From the NCBI GenBank assembly GCA_016934455.1, contig JAFGSX010000259.1, forward strand, positions 1-51,142: 51,142 bases of DNA, written 5' to 3'. This document shows, one piece after another, positions 7,786 to 16,600 of this stretch. The translations under genes and the position numbers were made by a program. Source of the stretch: Deltaproteobacteria bacterium. GTDB taxonomy: Bacteria > Myxococcota > JACRCW01 > JAFGSX01. The notes under the pieces are model-generated. The model did no database searches. It had not been told where the DNA came from and saw nothing but the letters and a program-made list of their open reading frames with translations. Each line of letters opens with the position of its first letter. Positions within the stretch are counted from its first letter, which is position 1.

Positions 7786-10700
7786 CTATTTCTCGTGCTC
7801 GCCGCTGACCACGATGCGCATGCCGTCGCCGCGGCCGCGCACCTCCTCGTGATACATCTGCTCGGCGTGGGCCGCCGGGTGCACGAATGAGCCTTCGACC
7901 GTGGCGCGGACCCTGAAGTGGAAGCTGTAGCTGCCGGCGGCCAGCTCGGTGAAGTAGTAGCGCACCTCGTGGTCCAGCCGCTGCACGTAGGTCGGCGCGA
8001 TCGAATCGGCCTCGCTCGGCCTGGCCTCGGCGCCCGAGGTCTGCAGCTCGGGATTCATCAGCTCGAGCCCGGCCGCAAACGGCACCACCAGCGCCACGTG
8101 GTAGCGCCGGGCGTCGACGGTCAGCCGGGTGTGCAGCTCGAGGATGTCGCCCACCGCCAGCCGCTCGACCGCCCCCTTCCGGTCCTCGAAGTGGGTCGGG
8201 GTCGAGCCGTCGGCGTACAGGTGGGTGGCGCCGCGCTGCACCAGGAACCCCTGCTTGAGCGCCTCGGCCTGGTCGCCCGGCGCCGCCGGCAGGTAGCTGT
8301 AGGCGACGCGGGCGTCGATCCGGGGCGCGCCCGACAGCTCGACCCGCAGCGCCTGCTCGCCGCGCACGTCGAGCGACGCCACCCGGTGCCGGTCGTCGAG
8401 GCTGAGCACGCCCGGGCTGCCCAGCGCCAGCCAGGCCTTGACCGGCTTGAGCTGCGCCTGCTCGAGGTAGGCAATCAGCGCCCGCAGCGCCGCCCGGTTC
8501 TCGTAGGTCGAGCCGAAGCCGTAATGGGCCGACGACTTGGCCAGCAGCGCCTCGAGCAGCGCGCTCAGCCGCTCGTCCCCGGGCGACAGCCGCACCAGGT
8601 TCTCGAGCACCGCCGCCAGCGTCGCGGTGCGGCTGCCCAGGTAGCTGCCGCTCCAGTCGCCGCGCCGCCAGCGCAGCCCCTGGACCACGCGCTTGCCCTT
8701 GAACAGCTTGAAGTCGACGCTCTGCCACAGCTCGTCGCGCAGCGCCCCGAGGTTGGTCTCGAACAGCCGGTTCTGCCGCAGCATGGCGGCGGTCAGATCG
8801 GACAGGCTGGACAGATCGAGGCCGCTGCGGCGATGGAACATGTCGATCAGGTAGTGCTCGTCGCCGCGCCCGATGAGCGCCAGGGCGCGGTGGGCGGCGG
8901 CCTGCTCGTTGTAGCGGTAGGCCGGGTCGAGCCGGCGGTAATCGCTGCGCAGGCTGCGCTGCAGCGCCTCGACGGCGCGGGTCTGCACCTTGTCGGGGGC
9001 GGTCAGCCCGAGCGAGCGGGCGCTGGCCATCAGCTCCACGGCGCGCGCGGTCATGCTGACGCTGCCGGCGCTGCCCGGCCAGGCCCCGAACAGGCCCTCG
9101 TCGTCCTGGTAGAGCGACAGCTCGTCGAGCAGCTTCTTGAGGTGGGACTTGACCTGCGCCGCGTAGTGGGCGCTCAGGCCGAACCGCCCGAGCGCCGCCC
9201 CCACCTCGGCCTCGGCCACCAGCGCCGAGATCTTCTGCTCCAGGCAGCCGTGCGGGTAGGCGGCCAGGTAATCGATGCCGGCCACCGCGGCCAGCATGCC
9301 GGGCACCGCCGAGATGGTGATGCGCTGCCGCGCCGTGCCCGGCCGCGGCGGCTCGGGGAACGGCTTGAGCGTCGTCACGCCGCCGTGGATGGTGTCGAAG
9401 TAGGCGTAGTGCTCGACCCGGCGGTCGGGCAGGATCGGCACCTCGACCTCGAAGGCGTCGCCGACGCCGTCGCTCAACCGGGTGACGTCGACGCGCACCT
9501 TGACCGAGGTCTGCGCAACGGCGTCCTGCGCCTTGACGCTGGCCTGCCACAGCCGGCTGGCGGCCTGGTTGAGCCGCAGCTCGACCCGCTGCTTGCCGGC
9601 CCGCACCTCGAGCGGGCCGGTCACCTTGAGCTCGACCGTGCCCGGCCCCTCGGCGCCCTCCACCAGCCGCGCCACGCCGCCAAGCCAGAAGCGGTCGCCC
9701 TGGCGCACGACGCGCGGAAGCTGCGGCTGCACCAGCACCGGCAGCCGCACCCGCAGCCGGCTGTGGAAATAACCGAAGCGGCGGAAACCGGCGGCCGCCA
9801 CCGCCCGCACCTGAAAGTTGGTCAGATCGTCGGACAGGGTGACCGGCACCACCAGCCTGCCCGACGGTCCCACCTCGAGCGTCGCCTGGTAGTAAGGCAC
9901 GGTCTCGAAGTTCTTGCGCACCACGCGCTTGCGCGAGATCCCCTCCCCCTCGGCGTCGGGTTCGCCGTCGCCACCCGGCTCCTCCTCCTGCTCGACCAGC
10001 CGGCCGACCACCCGGTTGCGGGTGTCGCGCACGCTGGTGCGCCTGGTGTTGGGCACGACAAAGCCGGTCAGCGGATCGAGCGGCTTCTCGGGCGCCAGCG
10101 ACAGCACCGCCTCGTCCACCAGCCACAGCGTGACCTCGCCGCCGAGCGGTTTGTTCTTCTCGTCCTGCAGGGTGACGATCAGATCGACCCTGGAGCCAGG
10201 TCGCGCCGTCTCCGGGTGCTGCACCTTTACCTGCACCGTGTTGGCGATCGGCTCCACCTCGAGGTCGAGGCTGGCGCCCAGCGTCTGCGGTCGGTAGCGG
10301 TCGTCGTTGCCCTTGCCGTCGCCCAGGCGGCCGCGCATCAGCACCACGTGCAGCGGCAGGTTGGGCACGTGCAGCGGCGAGATCTTGACCGGCACCACCG
10401 CCTTGCCGCCGCGGACCTCGGTCCAGCGGTACTCGTTGCGCTCGGGCTGCTCGACGATGACCAGCGCCTTGCCCGCCGCAAACGGGCTCTTGACCAGGAG
10501 CTGCGCGGTGTCGCCGGGCTGGTACTTCTTCTTGTCGGTCGCCAGCTCGAACACGCCCTGGCTCGCCTTCTCCCACGCCAGCGCTTCCTTGCCGCCGACG
10601 TAGAGATCGGCCGACAGCGTCTGCACCCGACCCAGCTTGTCGCGTCCGGTCAGCTCGACCACGTAGACGCCGGCCCGCGCGATGGCGAAGGTCGGCGTCA

Positions 10701-13611
10701 CCGGCCGCGCTTGCGTGGTGATCGCGATCTCCTTGAGCTTCTGGTCCTCCTGCTCGGTGATGTACTTGGCCTCGCCGGTGGCGAAGTTGGTCTCGCGCAG
10801 GTGGCTGTGCCAGATGCGGCGGTAGAGCCGGACCAGCACCTCCTGGCCCGCCAGCAGCTTGTTGTCGACGCCGACCGCGATGATCTCGGGCTTGAGCTCG
10901 AAAGCCTTCTCGGAGTAGCGCTGCAGCTTGAGCCCGAGCACGAACGGCGGCAGCGCGGTGGCCTCGTGGACGGCGCTGACCTGCTGGTTGTCGGCGCCGG
11001 TGACGGTGGCCTCGAAGCGGTAGATGCGCGGCGAGGCGTCGAGGTCGAGCGCCGGGTTGACCTCGATCTCGGCGCCGCCGTCGTCGTCGAGCGTGCCGCG
11101 CCGGCGCTGGGTCTCGGGAGCGCGCGCCAGGCCGGGCCGGGCGAACTGCGAGCTGGACGCGAACAGGTAGCCGGGGCGCCCCTCGGGCAAGTAGTGGTAG
11201 GGCCGCCGCGTCACCACCCAGTCGATCTGCTCGCCGGCGACCGAGCCGCCGGCGTAGTAGCGGGCCGCGGCCTTGACCTTGAACGGCTGGTCGAGCCGCA
11301 CTTTGGCGGCACCGGTGAGTTGCACCTCGAAGGTCGGGATGCGGTAGGCCTCGACCTGGAAGGTGCGCGTCGCCAGCGTCTGCGCCGGCTTGACGCTGAA
11401 CAGCTCGAGGGTGTAGCGGCCGCTGGCGACCTCGCCGCCCTCGTGCCACTCGGCCGCCAGGCCGCCGAGCCGGCTGAACTTGAACGGCAGCAGCCACTCC
11501 TCGCCGCCCGGGCCGCGCAGCTTGAGCCCGAAGTTGGTGGCCGGGCCGGCCTCGAGCAGGTCACCGCCGCGGCGCTGGCGCACGAAGCCCTTGACGTAGA
11601 CCTTCTCGCCCGGCCGGTAGATCGGCCGCTCCGTGAAGACGAACCCGAGCAGCCGGTCGTCGGGCGGCGGCGGCACCTTGTCGGTCAGCCAGCCCAGCCA
11701 GTGCGAACCCGGCGACCAGTGGTTGTTGGCGAACCGCGGCGGCGGATCGCGCGGGTCGAGCACCAGGATATCCTCGCCGCTCTGCACCGCGATGCGGAAC
11801 AGGCTGCGCCACCACTCGGGATTGGGCTTCAGGAGCGCCCGGCCCTCGCGGTCGGTGACGATGAGCTGGGCCTCCAGCGTCGGCGGCGCGCGCTTCTCGC
11901 CCGGCTTGGGCTCGGGTGGGTTCTTGACCATCTCGAGGGTGATCCGCGCATTGGCGACCGGCTCGGCGCGGTCGAGCGTGCGGACGTAGAAGACCGCCTG
12001 GTCGCGCTCCTCGACCACCGTCAGCGCCAGGTTGGTCACCTGCACCCGGGTGTAGACCCGCTGCGGCGACCCGGTCAGCCGGCGCAGGCCGACCAGGTAG
12101 GTGCCGGGCCGGCCCGCACCTACCGCACCGTCGAGCAGCGGTCCGATGTCGAGGCCGAAGTGGGTGGTGCCGCCCTTGTCGCCGAGCGGCAGGTCGACCA
12201 CCTGCGACACCAGCGGCGAGCCCAGCAGCCGCAGGTGGCGCACCAGGTCGCCCGACGAGATGTAGCCGATGTCGGCGGGAGTGCGCGGCGCCGGCTCCTC
12301 GCCCGGGAACGGCGGCGCCGTCTCCTCGTTGATCGCGAGCGGGCTGCTGGGAAACGGCCACAGCCCGAGGTGCAGCGGATCGACCCGGTAGATGCGCACG
12401 TCGACCCGCTTGTCGCCGTAGCCGACCACCGGCACCATGCGCGGCCCGCGCGCCTCGAGCACCGACTGCGCCTGCTCCCACTTGACGAAGGGCTTCTTCC
12501 AGCCGAGGTAGAAATAGACCTCGGGCGAGCCCGGATCGGCCAGCGGCCGGTCGCTGTCGTCGACGATCGGCGCGGCCGCGATCCGCATCCGGTACAGCAC
12601 GTCGGGCACGAACTTGCCGCGCAGCGCGACGCGCTGGCCGGAGACGGTGAAGTTGAGGTCGGGCACCGCCGGCTCGAGCCGCACCAGCTTCTTGAGCGCG
12701 GTCAGGCCGAGATCCTTGACACTGGCGGAGAACATGAGCTGCGGCCTGTCGCCGGTGTTGCCGCAGGCCAGCGCCAGCTCGCGCGGCACGCGGGCGGCGC
12801 CGACCAGCGGAACGCTGGAGCTGCCGCACGCCACCGAGACCAGCGAAAACGGCAGCCGCGTCGCCAGCCGGCCCTCCCACAGCACGCGCCCCTCGTCGCC
12901 GAGCGCCAGGCTGACGTTGACGTGAAGCTGCTTGCCCTCGGGCACCTCCTCGTCGAGGGTGATGGCGTAGGTCGCCGCGTCGCGGTGGCTGGCGCGCGGC
13001 AGCAGCGTCAGCGCGTAGCGATCGATGCTGCGGCGCGGGGCGTCGGCCAGGCCGGGCCGGTCGCGCACGTCGAGCTTGATCATCTTCTGCAGCGCGCCCT
13101 CGGGCAGCGCCTGGGGAAAGGTCAGCGTGAAGGTCCGAAACGGCTTGAGGTGATCGCTGCCCGAGGCTGGCGCCATGGCCGACGGCGGCGACATCATCGT
13201 CGTCAGCACCGCCCGGACGACCCCGGGAAGTCCCTGCCGGGGGACGCCGCGCGCGCTGACCGCGAACCGCGCCAGCGCCGGCCACGGCTCGGCCGGCCTG
13301 AACTGCATGGTCTGCCGGTCGAGCCACGACCAGGCGCCGGGCCAGGCCGGCTCGATCTGGAGCCACCTGGCGCCGTCGTCCGCCGGGCCGCGGCCGGGGC
13401 CGACGTTCCGGTTGAAATAGACCGTGATCGGGTCGTAGCCGCGCAAGAACTTCTCGGGCAGGATGATCAGCCCTCGCCGCGCCGGCGCCTGTCCCTCGTC
13501 GCCCGGCCGATAGGGCTCGTCGCCACCGGCCGCCAGGGCCGCCACCGCGCTGGCCATCGCCAGCGCCACCAGCGCCCCGGTCCACCGTGCGATGCGCAGT
13601 GACCTGCTCAT
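7786..13611 (-). CDS. Bacterial alpha-2-macroglobulin family protein, 1941 aa, with the thioester motif present
   Basis: The start is MSRSLRIARWTGALVALAMASAVAALAAGG, an SPI-type signal with no lipobox Cys. It has long MG-domain-like architecture. AAYPHGCLEQKIS carries the thioester CLEQ. The ATG overlaps the upstream stop as ATGA. Confidence 0.9.
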   Translation of the reverse strand: MSRSLRIARWTGALVALAMASAVAALAAGGDEPYRPGDEGQAPARRGLIILPEKFLRGYDPITVYFNRNVGPGRGPADDGARWLQIEPAWPGAWSWLDRQTMQFRPAEPWPALARFAVSARGVPRQGLPGVVRAVLTTMMSPPSAMAPASGSDHLKPFRTFTLTFPQALPEGALQKMIKLDVRDRPGLADAPRRSIDRYALTLLPRASHRDAATYAITLDEEVPEGKQLHVNVSLALGDEGRVLWEGRLATRLPFSLVSVACGSSSVPLVGAARVPRELALACGNTGDRPQLMFSASVKDLGLTALKKLVRLEPAVPDLNFTVSGQRVALRGKFVPDVLYRMRIAAAPIVDDSDRPLADPGSPEVYFYLGWKKPFVKWEQAQSVLEARGPRMVPVVGYGDKRVDVRIYRVDPLHLGLWPFPSSPLAINEETAPPFPGEEPAPRTPADIGYISSGDLVRHLRLLGSPLVSQVVDLPLGDKGGTTHFGLDIGPLLDGAVGAGRPGTYLVGLRRLTGSPQRVYTRVQVTNLALTVVEERDQAVFYVRTLDRAEPVANARITLEMVKNPPEPKPGEKRAPPTLEAQLIVTDREGRALLKPNPEWWRSLFRIAVQSGEDILVLDPRDPPPRFANNHWSPGSHWLGWLTDKVPPPPDDRLLGFVFTERPIYRPGEKVYVKGFVRQRRGGDLLEAGPATNFGLKLRGPGGEEWLLPFKFSRLGGLAAEWHEGGEVASGRYTLELFSVKPAQTLATRTFQVEAYRIPTFEVQLTGAAKVRLDQPFKVKAAARYYAGGSVAGEQIDWVVTRRPYHYLPEGRPGYLFASSSQFARPGLARAPETQRRRGTLDDDGGAEIEVNPALDLDASPRIYRFEATVTGADNQQVSAVHEATALPPFVLGLKLQRYSEKAFELKPEIIAVGVDNKLLAGQEVLVRLYRRIWHSHLRETNFATGEAKYITEQEDQKLKEIAITTQARPVTPTFAIARAGVYVVELTGRDKLGRVQTLSADLYVGGKEALAWEKASQGVFELATDKKKYQPGDTAQLLVKSPFAAGKALVIVEQPERNEYRWTEVRGGKAVVPVKISPLHVPNLPLHVVLMRGRLGDGKGNDDRYRPQTLGASLDLEVEPIANTVQVKVQHPETARPGSRVDLIVTLQDEKNKPLGGEVTLWLVDEAVLSLAPEKPLDPLTGFVVPNTRRTSVRDTRNRVVGRLVEQEEEPGGDGEPDAEGEGISRKRVVRKNFETVPYYQATLEVGPSGRLVVPVTLSDDLTNFQVRAVAAAGFRRFGYFHSRLRVRLPVLVQPQLPRVVRQGDRFWLGGVARLVEGAEGPGTVELKVTGPLEVRAGKQRVELRLNQAASRLWQASVKAQDAVAQTSVKVRVDVTRLSDGVGDAFEVEVPILPDRRVEHYAYFDTIHGGVTTLKPFPEPPRPGTARQRITISAVPGMLAAVAGIDYLAAYPHGCLEQKISALVAEAEVGAALGRFGLSAHYAAQVKSHLKKLLDELSLYQDDEGLFGAWPGSAGSVSMTARAVELMASARSLGLTAPDKVQTRAVEALQRSLRSDYRRLDPAYRYNEQAAAHRALALIGRGDEHYLIDMFHRRSGLDLSSLSDLTAAMLRQNRLFETNLGALRDELWQSVDFKLFKGKRVVQGLRWRRGDWSGSYLGSRTATLAAVLENLVRLSPGDERLSALLEALLAKSSAHYGFGSTYENRAALRALIAYLEQAQLKPVKAWLALGSPGVLSLDDRHRVASLDVRGEQALRVELSGAPRIDARVAYSYLPAAPGDQAEALKQGFLVQRGATHLYADGSTPTHFEDRKGAVERLAVGDILELHTRLTVDARRYHVALVVPFAAGLELMNPELQTSGAEARPSEADSIAPTYVQRLDHEVRYYFTELAAGSYSFHFRVRATVEGSFVHPAAHAEQMYHEEVRGRGDGMRIVVSGEHEK
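9235..9246 (-). other. CLEQ thioester motif codons of the A2M
   Basis: The reverse complement of ctgctccaggca is TGC CTG GAG CAG, in the A2M frame. Confidence 0.85.
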
Positions 13612-16600
13612 GGCGTCGCTCCGATCCGTTGGAAGAAGTCGCGCAGATACTCCTCGGGCACGTCCCGCTGGGAACCCTTGAGCCCGAGCAGCACCGGCCT
13701 GAAGCGCTGCGGCGCCAGCTCCGGTGGCGCGCGCACGGCCAGCAGGTAGTTGCCGGCGGGCAGCTCGAGGAACTGCTGACAACCATGGCCGAGCAGCCGG
13801 TGGTTGACGTCGAGGACAGTGCACTCGAGCCGGTCGGCGTCGACCTGCAGCCCGAGCCCGACTCTCCCCGCCGAGGTGGTGCGAAAGCTGAAGTAGCGCG
13901 CCGCGCCCGGCGCGATCCACTGCTCGGCGCCGACGCCGTCGGCCAGCGCCGGCACCGGTTCGGCGGTCCAGCTCACGCTGCCGGTGGCCGGCGCTCCGGC
14001 AAAGGGCCGCAGCATGACGCGGTAGCGGCCCGGCTCGAGCAGGCGCTGCAAGGTGCAGGCGCCGCCCAGACCGTCCAGCTTGAGCAGCCGCGTGCCGTCG
14101 AACAGGGCGCCGACCCCCGAGTCGGCGCGCACATCGAGCAGGCTGCGCTGCCTGATCTCGACCGTGAAATCGTTGACACCCGGCTTGATCGGGATCGCCC
14201 GCGCCTCGCCCAGCGGCGGCGGCAGCTTCCGCGGCAGCAGCTTGCTCCAGCGCGCCACGTTGGGCTGCCCGGGGGCGAACACCACCGCGCGCAGCGGCCC
14301 GGGCGGGTGGTTGATCACCACCTCGGCGCCCTGGCGCGCCGGGATGGCGCCGCGACAACCGCCGCTGCGGCTGCCGTCGTCGCGCGTGATGGTGCAGCGC
14401 ACCTCTCCGTCCACCTCGACCAGCCGCGCGCCGGCGGCCGGCGGCACCCGCAACCGGAGCTGGCCGTGCTGGAGCGGCAGCGCCTCGTACAGGCCGCGCA
14501 GCACCACCTGCGGCGGCGCCGCGTCGACCAGCAACAGCCGCGCCTGCAGCCGACTCCCGTCGCCGCCGCGCAGCAGCAGCTCGCCGCCTTGCCCGGCCAG
14601 CAGGCAGCGGCTCAACGCCTCGCCCGGCGGGCAAAAATCGATCGCGGCTCCGGCGCGGTCGAGTTGCACGGCCCAGGTCTGCGGCGGCAGCGTGGCCTCG
14701 AGCTGAAACGGCGCGTCCGGCAGCGCGAAGCGGCCGACCTGCCCGCTCCAGGTGGCCTCGCTCTTGCCCGGCGCCAGGGTCGCGGCGCGCTCGGGGATGA
14801 GAGCGGCGATGCGCGTCACCGTCGCCGGCAGCGGCTTGTCGGTGGCGGCCCACAGCCGCAGCAGCGACTCTCGGGTCGCGCCGCTGGCGGCAAAGCAGGC
14901 GTGCGGTTGCTGCTCGGCGACCCCGCCCTCGAGGCGACAGGCGGGAGCCGCCGCCTCGCCGAACGGCACCCGCACCGCGACCAGGTGCAGGCCGGGCTGG
15001 CCGCTGCGCTGACGCTCGATCAATCGGCGCTGGCCGAGCTGCTCGCGTACGGCCGGGTTGTCATCGGCGCTCAGCTCGATCACCATCTCGTCGAGGTCGA
15101 GCCTGAGCTCATCGCGCTGCCCCACCGTCGACACCACCAGCGCCCCCGCCTCCAGCGGCGCGCTCGGACCGCAGGGCGACAGCAGGCCGGGCTCGGCCGC
15201 CGGCCGGCACCAGACATTGGCGGCTGTGCGATAGCGGCCGGGCCGGGCGATGTCGACCCGACCGGCCCGACCCGCGGCCACGGTGCGGCCGTGCAGCTTG
15301 CCGATCGGTCGCGCCTGGTGGCTCGCGGTCAGCTCGGCCCATCTCCCCTTGGTCCAGAGCCGGACGTTGAAGGGCTGGCCGGCCGCGTGCACCAGTAACT
15401 GGCAATGGCGCACGCTGTCCTCGCGCTGCAGCACGGTGCCGTCGCCGCGCTCGAGGGCGCACGAGAAGGCGCTCTTGGACCTGAAGTGCAGCTCCTGCAC
15501 GGCGTCACCCTCGACCGCGGGCAACGGCACCACCAGCGCCTGGTTGGCGGTCTTGAGCTTGGCGCCGTCGACCAGCCGGTCCAGGCGCCGGTCCGGCGGC
15601 GCCACCACCTTGACCCGGGTCGAGCCGCTACGCTGGTTTTGCGCCTCGAACACCAGCCGGTAGTCGCCGGCCGGCAGCGGCTCGACCAGGCGGCAGTTCC
15701 AGTCCGCGCCGTAGTCGGCGCTCTCGGCCAGCAGCGCGCCGCCGGCAGCGAACAGCCGGCAGCGCACGTCGGTCTGGCCCCGGGTGGCCAGGTGCAGCAT
15801 GCCCGCGGCGGGCATCCGCACGGTGGCCGAGCCGGGCACCGGCAGCTCCTGCTGCAGCCCCGGCGCCAGCACCTCCGAGACCACTCGCAACCGGTACGCG
15901 ATGGCGACGTCGCCGCGGCAGTGCTCCGTCACCAGCCGGTATCTCCCCGCCTTGAGGTCGACGGCCAGGTTGTCGTCACCGGACGGCTTGCGCCGCGCCG
16001 CCGCCGGCGGCGGTTGGTAGGCCGGGTCCGGCGTCTCGCCGTCGGACAGCGCGCCATCTCCCTCGTCGTCGACGTCGCCGCCGGAGCCGTCTGGCATCTC
16101 CTCCTCGCCGTCGCCGCCTTCGTCGTAGCCTTCGTCCTCGCCACCCTCCTCGACCGGCATCTCGTCCGGCTCCTCCTCGTACTCCTGCTCGTACTCCTCC
16201 TCATCCTCCTCCGACCCAGCGGCCGGCGGCTCGGCCGGCGGCACCGTCTCGATCAGTTTTTCCCGGTCACCGTCGACGCGGTAGAGCCGCCCCTGCATGC
16301 CGTTGGTGAGAGCCACCCGGACCGGCAGGTCCGCGCTCAGCGTGAACTGGAACTCGTCGCGGCCGTCGCGGCCGAGCTCCGCGTCGTACCAGGTGTTGAC
16401 ATCGATGGCGTGGCGTCTCTTGTTGCCGCGCAACACCAGCGCCGGCCGCACCCGCCTGATCTCGGTGCGGCGCATGCTCTCGACCGTGAGCGGCAACTGC
16501 GACCAGCGGTAGCGGCCGCGAGCCAGCTCGTGGCTCGCCCGGCAAGGGGTGGGGACTGCCACCAGCGGCCAGCCGTCGCGGTCGTCGAGCCGGCACTGCA

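Noticed and set aside
7918-13602. A 1894-aa plus-strand ORF, and similarly 15405..20084 (+, 1559 aa), antisense to the A2M and the giant repeat gene
   Set aside because: The products are Arg/Gly/Ala/Pro/Val-rich and featureless, in the mirror frame of genes with clear family motifs. Stop-free antisense frames are expected at about 75% GC. There is no SD or start context.
6680-14853. The 1605-aa (6680..11497) and 2355-aa (7786..14853) minus-strand ORFs taken at face value
   Set aside because: Only the distal parts are real. Signal peptides with SDs at 7759 and 13611 define the true starts. The N-terminal extensions are Arg-rich read-through into neighbouring genes' alternative frames.
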